64,000 nt of DNA, taken from Candidatus Aenigmatarchaeota archaeon. Its GTDB lineage: Archaea > Aenigmatarchaeota > Aenigmatarchaeia > CG10238-14. Below are positions 58,901-64,000 of this stretch, piece by piece. The stretch is taken from the NCBI GenBank assembly GCA_018304545.1, contig JAGVVZ010000003.1, positions 32,987 through 96,986 on the forward strand, read 5' to 3'. Position 1 is the first letter of the stretch, and each line of letters opens with the position of its first letter. A program made the translations under genes and the position numbers. The notes under the pieces were generated by a model. It saw only the letters and a program-made list of their open reading frames with translations, had not been told where the DNA came from and did no database searches.

Positions 58901-60936
58901 TTGTTAATTTCACAAAATGGCTGACCACCTAGTTGAGTAACGTTCTTCCAAGCACAACCAGTGGCTCCTTGACAACCTACTTGAGCATCAAATGTCCAGC
59001 AATTCTCTCCAGGCATACCACAAAATTCTTCACCCCATTCTGTTTCAACCCAAATACAATTGCCTAATGGTGTTGACGTAGCAGTGCAAAGTGTCTGATT
59101 ATTTGAATATTGCTGACAACTTCCAAATGATGCACCACCACAAAATTGATCGAAAGTACAGTCACCATCTGAGCAGTCTGTATTACCATCATTATCATTA
59201 TCTGTTCCATCAAAGCATATCTCTCCAGTGAATCCTTCTGGCTTGCAGAAGAAATTAGAATTGTCCCATTGGCATGTTGAATCGCTGGCTGCACAAGATG
59301 ACGGATCATAGCAGTTAAAGCAACTGTCCGAACATGTCTTTTTGTTAATATCATCACACCATCCAATCTCAGGATTCAAAACGTCTGTAACCCATTTACA
59401 GTTTGCGTTTTCACCGCATTTTGTTTCAGGATCATTCATGAAACTGCAACTTTTACAATCATTATCGCAGCTGCCTCCACCGTAATAAAAGTCTTGAGCA
59501 TAATTACACCAACCATAGCCGTTAAATGAAAACGGATCAGATTGGAAATTGCAGTAACCCAATTCAGAATTCTCGCAAGCTTGCTGTGCTGCTGTTCCGT
59601 TGGGCCATTGGTTGCCATTCTCATCATGTTCGCACGCCCAACATGCATCATCACAATCTTCATAGCCTACACCAAAACCAAACTCGCACCATCCCTCGTT
59701 TTGTGTGATTCCGTTTTCAATATAAGTTTCTTCTTTCCAAGTACCACCGCCTGCAATACATGAATCTGAATCTTTTATATCAAAGAAGTTTCCTGTCGTG
59801 CCCGACTCGAATACAGATCCCATATCAAATTGACATTCATTCTCGTTTGAATTCCAATTGCATGGCATGAAATACAAATCTTTCAATTGAGAACATGCTG
59901 TTTGATTTTGAGCGTCATCGCAAAATGAGACTGGTGGTTGGCAAGTTGTTTTTTCTGATTGTGTCAATACACCAGTGGTACAGGCAGTGCCGTTCCATTT
60001 GCAATTTTGAAGAGGACCACAGTTGCATGTTCTTTCTAGTCTTATATCAGTACATTCCATTGTATCATTAGCAAAGCCTTGCGCTTCAAAGCCGGCTGCT
60101 GATGGATCATGCCCTTCGCACCAACCAATCTGTTTGTTTTCGCAGAAATGACCATCTTGAGCAACAAATGTAGAATTACAATAAACGCAACCTGTTACAT
60201 TTCCACAAATTGTAGGTGAATTATCGGCAAACCAACACGCTTGGAAGAATCCGGCATTAAAACCACCTGTAAAGAATCCTCCACCTCCGCCACCAGAATC
60301 AGAACCAGTAAACGAGCACATTTGAGAAGTTGAATTCCACTGTCCGCCCACTTCTAGACATGAGTCATCATCATTAAATGCAGTAAAACCTTGATCTTGA
60401 CACGTTGATCCGGACCATTCGCATGGCATACCAAAACTACTTTGGGCTAAATCACATCCTGCCTCTGTTGTAATTTGGGTGCAATACTTCTGAGAGCAAC
60501 ATCCTAGAGGATTGGGACAGAAAAATCCTGTTTGCCAATCGCAAAGACCGCTCAACTGTGACTCGCAATTTGTTTCATTAGTACCATCAAAATTCCAGCA
60601 TCCCTTCTTCTCGCAACAACCAGCGTTATTCCAACACCACGGGTTTTGATTTTTATCGTTTGGTTTCCATTGGCAACTCGCATCTGCTTCGCATCCTACT
60701 TGGTTTCCATCCAAACTCCAGCATCCACCTGTAAAACCACCATTGATGCAACATCCAACAGGATCGTCACAGAAAGGATCCGTATCTGCTGGTGACCAAA
60801 CACAACCTGCGGCAGATCCACAATTAGCCTGATTTCCGTTGTGATCAAAGCATGTCGGCGCAGCAACGTAATTAAAGGATAAGAGAATTCCAAACAATGT
60901 TGTTAGTAAAAACAATGCACTAATTTTTTTATCCAT
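55984..60936 (-). CDS. giant (1650 aa) Cys-rich cell-surface protein with C-terminal TM anchor
   Basis: Signal peptide. Over 120 Cys in repeated C..W/C modules. GGGGGGFF and GGGGGGGGATAKA tracts. Asp-rich putative Ca sites. C-terminus WMIAIGAVLIIVGLIIWRL + KKKK. Confidence 0.65.
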   Translation of the reverse strand: MDKKISALFLLTTLFGILLSFNYVAAPTCFDHNGNQANCGSAAGCVWSPADTDPFCDDPVGCCINGGFTGGCWSLDGNQVGCEADASCQWKPNDKNQNPWCWNNAGCCEKKGCWNFDGTNETNCESQLSGLCDWQTGFFCPNPLGCCSQKYCTQITTEAGCDLAQSSFGMPCEWSGSTCQDQGFTAFNDDDSCLEVGGQWNSTSQMCSFTGSDSGGGGGGFFTGGFNAGFFQACWFADNSPTICGNVTGCVYCNSTFVAQDGHFCENKQIGWCEGHDPSAAGFEAQGFANDTMECTDIRLERTCNCGPLQNCKWNGTACTTGVLTQSEKTTCQPPVSFCDDAQNQTACSQLKDLYFMPCNWNSNENECQFDMGSVFESGTTGNFFDIKDSDSCIAGGGTWKEETYIENGITQNEGWCEFGFGVGYEDCDDACWACEHDENGNQWPNGTAAQQACENSELGYCNFQSDPFSFNGYGWCNYAQDFYYGGGSCDNDCKSCSFMNDPETKCGENANCKWVTDVLNPEIGWCDDINKKTCSDSCFNCYDPSSCAASDSTCQWDNSNFFCKPEGFTGEICFDGTDNDNDGNTDCSDGDCTFDQFCGGASFGSCQQYSNNQTLCTATSTPLGNCIWVETEWGEEFCGMPGENCWTFDAQVGCQGATGCAWKNVTQLGGQPFCEINKTREEPCFSLFNQTSCAANPLCTWTVEQGFGGFIQQFCESKIFGNCVVHDDNETACGENPTCVWIEDEFSPDGGWCDPICFSRDITNAECSANANCTLQETHCEPTIIMGDCPNRDGNKTACDAAFTCQWFPDPNGPGVGINQGWCNDKGTMKMFEKIDPSPPAMLGDDQCPESGKEEEVDICGYGMKDMGDAYGFGLGVVSFRDSAICNGMFTQSGVTGTGRNTTKMNVFLDTDGVNTNGCNVTDDLGNTHLGFEFRLRYVGEWADSELKETRSFSLCSNQTWVQTNIAATGFRQLMCGEINGPMIAVDKEDLGKFSTLYNKTKTMRVFGTMADAVHNLTVPSDAVGPSFYTPGSVDFKFECCTCPGADLDDDGITSDKDPDCKFVKQFGYVPTEDCINDKDDDGDGAVDCDDVQCDPKPECGGTMNFLADADDNTSPKMTYTQIDVYTDGAFLVFNTDEPANGTVQFFKSDSTCSNTTSANGYRALNDLGMPGYTFDDYKPFHAAAADNFEGNPNALGYNLANATSYFYKLRVCDPSNNCAVSACSNFTTDDFENDFLFKMEVDEGFSVDIPDLGMDNSDFSTATKTNATTGKSINITVNCPATGYNITFVGADLMKAKTLELENAFTCDSTNKLLGVNSTKWQKMLYDLGVDSVVLTFGTTASKIEKCDDQGSNCVDVSSYATCVFGASSTTCTIPISLGFSTYKVSSTSATTTTVASTSSSGGGGGGGGATAKAVAVRKVSTVFSEVSPDKVNKWTVTTKGVGLVEMHLEVKNKANTVRMTVERLDNKPVSITRETTGKVYQYMEITKTGLTDDNLNMAKLKFAVNKSWLTANNVDPMKVVLNRYADGEWQKLKTTILSAVNDTYEYEAESPGLSTFVITSDETAATTTTLMSLPTTTVMPVVTTSTTVRRTIPTLPEIKLPESLPKPQLTVSQMKWMIAIGAVLIIVGLIIWRLVAMNTAEVPKKKK

Positions 60937-61006
60937 TATTACGAACCTAAATGAGAGTAATACATTAATTTTGTATTCCTAGAATAAAAATGTTTTCTAT
61001 AAAAAA

Positions 61007-61273
61007 TCAGTGAAATTGCAATGTGCGTTCTTCTTTCGTTCTCACTTTCAAGTAATCAATAATGTTAACATAAACAAAATGCAGAAGCATAACCCAAATT
61101 ATTATTAGTATTAGCAATTCGATGTGCGCTTCCCCTATGCTGTTTATTTCAACAACTACTCTCTTCTCTTCGCTGAAATATGCTGTAAGAAAAGTTATTG
61201 TGAAAACGATGAACACGCCGACTAAACATTGAAACAATAATGATAGCTCTTTGCTTGCTTTAACATATGTCAT
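61007..61273 (-). CDS. small membrane protein
   Basis: 88 aa with 2 TM helices. Confidence 0.3.
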   Translation of the reverse strand: MTYVKASKELSLLFQCLVGVFIVFTITFLTAYFSEEKRVVVEINSIGEAHIELLILIIIWVMLLHFVYVNIIDYLKVRTKEERTLQFH

Positions 61274-61297
61274 GAAGAAAAAAAGAAATTGAATGAT

Positions 61298-62962
61298 TTA
61301 AAGTGTGGTGTTGTAAACCATCGGTTTTTGCTGTTTTGTATGAAATGTTTTTGCAATCAATACTAATAAAACTACTAGCAAGATTCCTAAGAGCAGCGTG
61401 GCCCATGTCTTGCCTGACTTCCTTATGATTGGCGGCAATTCTAATGATTTCTTAACTGTTGTTGTTGGAACTGGTTGAGTTGGTGCGGTTGGAACTGTTG
61501 TTGTTGGAACTGGTTGAGTTGGTATTGTCACAGCAGCTTTAGTTGTAACTGCAAATACGGATAGACCCGGCGACTCACTTTCAAAGTAAACATATTCATT
61601 ATCTTCGCTCAATTTTGATGTTGATAATTCGTTCCATACATTGTCTGCATATCTGCTCAATGCTACTTGATCTGCTGATACTCCATTTTCTGCAAGCCAT
61701 GTTCTTGGAACTTGGAATTTAATTTTCACTTTGCTTAGAGAAGAATCATCTATACCACTCGATTTAATCTCCAAATATCCGAATACTTTTCCGCCAACTT
61801 TAATAGATATTCCTGTTGGTTCGCTGACTTTTGTTACTTTAATTTGAACTGTTTGCGCATCTTTCGTCGTTAATATTTCAATCTCACTGACACCAGTATC
61901 TTTTGTTGCTTGATCACTGAATGAGATTGTTGTTGCTTTACCTGATTTGACATTAGATACTAATGAAACATAAGATGCGCTAACAGCTGTCGTGCCTAAG
62001 CCCGTCGCGCCTGCTGATGCGCTTCCGCCACCTGTCGTTCCTGTTGATGTACCTGTATCAACGCTAAACGCATTTGTAGTTGTTAAATTAGCTTCATTAC
62101 CTGCAACATCGATTGCCAATATTTCAACGTGATAATTACCTGTCACTGACGTGCCTGTATATGTATAAGGACTTGAGAAGCTTGCTGATGTTGAGCTACC
62201 ACTAGGTTTAGTGACTTTAACTGTTTTTGTATTCACTCCTGATAATGAATCTGAAACACTTGCAGATATAGAAACGCTCTGCAACAATAATGGACTGCTC
62301 GGTGAGACAGAGAAACTTAAAATTGATGGAGCGGTCTGGTCAATTACAAATGAAGCCGGAGACTGATCCATATATATTCTGAATGTTGAAAGACTTTCGG
62401 CAAGCGCATTCAACTCTGCTGTATAATTACCTTCGACGGCATTATCTGCAGTTATGTTCCATGTCACATTAAATCTCAGTTCGCCTCCGTCACCCGACGA
62501 ATCATATCCTGACGTATAGCCGTATCCGAAATCATATCCGAATGTTTGGTTAACAGTTCCATAACCTGCAGTACCATAGCCGTATCCATAACCAAAGTTA
62601 GAATAGCCGTATCCATAACCGACAGTGTTTATAGGAGTAATAGTTATATTTGCACAGCCATCTAGCACAGCACCTGCTGGTGTAAATGTACATGTTTTAT
62701 TGCTTGGACCCGTAATCGCGACCGTGAAATTTTTCACAGGTACTCTTTCATCAGTTTCCAAATCGACATCCGCAGTAAACGTAACTGTTTGAATACCATT
62801 CCTATAATACGAAGAATCTGTACTTACATTCACAATAACGCTCATTACGGGCCCGGCAATCATTAAGAGAATGATTATCGCAAGTGTGACAGAAACAGAA
62901 GTTAATCTGTTCTTCATGCTATCTTTATTCCTTTTAGGACTGAAATAAGTCATTGATCTCAC
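61298..62962 (-). CDS. cell-surface protein with Gly-Tyr dipeptide repeat region, Ig-like domains, PT linker and C-terminal TM anchor
   Basis: GYGYGYSNFGYGYGYGTAGYGT...FGYDFGYGYTSGYDSS. Duplicated PTQPVPTTTV. C-terminus WATLLLGILLVVLLVLIA + KTFHTKQQK. Confidence 0.6.
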   Translation of the reverse strand: MRSMTYFSPKRNKDSMKNRLTSVSVTLAIIILLMIAGPVMSVIVNVSTDSSYYRNGIQTVTFTADVDLETDERVPVKNFTVAITGPSNKTCTFTPAGAVLDGCANITITPINTVGYGYGYSNFGYGYGYGTAGYGTVNQTFGYDFGYGYTSGYDSSGDGGELRFNVTWNITADNAVEGNYTAELNALAESLSTFRIYMDQSPASFVIDQTAPSILSFSVSPSSPLLLQSVSISASVSDSLSGVNTKTVKVTKPSGSSTSASFSSPYTYTGTSVTGNYHVEILAIDVAGNEANLTTTNAFSVDTGTSTGTTGGGSASAGATGLGTTAVSASYVSLVSNVKSGKATTISFSDQATKDTGVSEIEILTTKDAQTVQIKVTKVSEPTGISIKVGGKVFGYLEIKSSGIDDSSLSKVKIKFQVPRTWLAENGVSADQVALSRYADNVWNELSTSKLSEDNEYVYFESESPGLSVFAVTTKAAVTIPTQPVPTTTVPTAPTQPVPTTTVKKSLELPPIIRKSGKTWATLLLGILLVVLLVLIAKTFHTKQQKPMVYNTTL

Positions 62963-63089
62963 TCAACATATTACGGATGTCAATAATATAGAATAGGACC
63001 CGTACTATAAAAATATTTGCATGTAAATTTTCTTTCTATAATATAGGAACTGCCTTGACAATCTTTAATTGCAAATTATCATAATATCA

Positions 63090-64000
63090 ATGATGGTAAA
63101 GGAGCTAATAAAAAACATCATGAAAGACAAAACGTTTCTCAAAAACAGCATGTTCGTTCTGATTGCAAACACCATATCCAACGGCGTTCTTTTCCTGAAC
63201 AATATCATAATTTCCGGGATGCTCGAACCAAGTTTATTCGGGAGCTACAAGACCACCCTCTATCTATTTACTTTGCTGCCTGGGCTATTGGATCTCGGAA
63301 TGATGCACACTTTTCCCAAATTTATAGCGGAGTACAAAAAAAATAAAAAATCAAGAATAGGGTCTCTGGTACTTTGGTTTATTAATCTTCGATTAATATC
63401 ATTTGTTATTCTGATTTTGACGTTGTTTGTTTTCAAAAACCAGATTGCCGATGTTTTTTATCATAATAATACGCTAGAACCACTAATCCAAGTCGGCATA
63501 TTTGTTGTTTTTTGCTCATTCTTCCTGTTCCTGAGATCGATTGCCATCGGTTATGAGAATTTTTCTTTGTTTTCGATATCTACCATTATATCCTCACTGA
63601 CGTTTGGTGTTTTTGGAGTCGTTGCTGCATATAAAACCGGACCTGTTGGTGTTGTTTTTATATACGGGCTATCAAGCTTGCTTGGCAGTCTTATCTATCT
63701 GCCATTCATATTAAAACAAAAATTGTTTGAAAGAAAAGCAAAATATGACGTAAAGAAAATATTCATCGGATACTCTCTGCCCATATATATAATATATATT
63801 CCATATAGTTTGGGCTTGAGCATAACCCCAGTTCTGAGCATATTCTTTCCTCAAGAACTAATAGGTTATTTCTCTTTTGCGTTCATGTTCTATTTCGCCG
63901 GTTCTATAATACCATCAACTATCAGCGCTGTACTATTCCCTCAAATCTCTAGATTAAAGGGTGAAAATAAAAATTCAGAAATAAAAAAAGGCTTGAAGAG
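63090..64000 (+). CDS. Wzx-like polysaccharide flippase / MOP-superfamily transporter (N-terminal part, runs off the window)
   Basis: At least 8 TM helices. The N-terminus has typical flippase composition. No stop before the window end. Confidence 0.55.
   Translation, partial: MMVKELIKNIMKDKTFLKNSMFVLIANTISNGVLFLNNIIISGMLEPSLFGSYKTTLYLFTLLPGLLDLGMMHTFPKFIAEYKKNKKSRIGSLVLWFINLRLISFVILILTLFVFKNQIADVFYHNNTLEPLIQVGIFVVFCSFFLFLRSIAIGYENFSLFSISTIISSLTFGVFGVVAAYKTGPVGVVFIYGLSSLLGSLIYLPFILKQKLFERKAKYDVKKIFIGYSLPIYIIYIPYSLGLSITPVLSIFFPQELIGYFSFAFMFYFAGSIIPSTISAVLFPQISRLKGENKNSEIKKGLK

Noticed and set aside
1-64000. tRNA, rRNA or integrase genes marking an integrated element
   Set aside because: I scanned GC-rich patches (for example 19300, 24360, 36985) for cloverleaf-compatible stems and found none. 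No tyrosine-recombinase-like or transposase-like ORF was recognised. This is a manual scan without tRNAscan, so it is not definitive.

Overview
This is an AT-rich (by eye about one-third GC) archaeal chromosomal segment. Several genes are preceded by GGAG/GGTG Shine-Dalgarno-like motifs, and the ORF caller used TTG/GTG starts at several genes where an in-frame ATG a few codons downstream is more plausible.

The first 15 kb and a few later loci carry recognisable housekeeping genes: a DRG-like Obg-family GTPase, two tandem family-4 glycosyltransferases, a Hef-type helicase and an XPF/ERCC4 nuclease as separate genes, a type IA topoisomerase, FtsZ, a ROK sugar kinase, a SAM methyltransferase and the N-terminus of a Wzx-like flippase.

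The remaining roughly 45 kb is accessory. It holds at least twelve large secreted, Cys-rich or PT-linker surface proteins (PKD, thrombospondin type-3, propeller, Gly-Tyr and Ser-Gly repeat modules), several with a C-terminal transmembrane anchor plus basic tail. There are four putative toxin-antitoxin pairs (RHH/RelE, MazEF, DUF4258/DUF2283, HTH/nucleotidyltransferase). A 3-kb array of small cassettes at 36.9-39.9 kb is punctuated by four copies of a conserved element of about 45 nt.

The points I would look at first:
- The Hef helicase and nuclease ORFs are separated by an Ala/Gly-rich membrane-protein gene pair.
- An XPF-DUF460 pair is tightly linked to a short ArtE-like archaeosortase, and two surface proteins carry matching PTG[R/A]F C-terminal sorting signals.
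- The repeat-delimited cassette array has an integron-like layout but no integrase in the window.
- The two glycosyltransferase genes share an identical 100-bp block near their 3' ends.

No tRNA, rRNA, CRISPR array, transposase or integrase gene was recognised.
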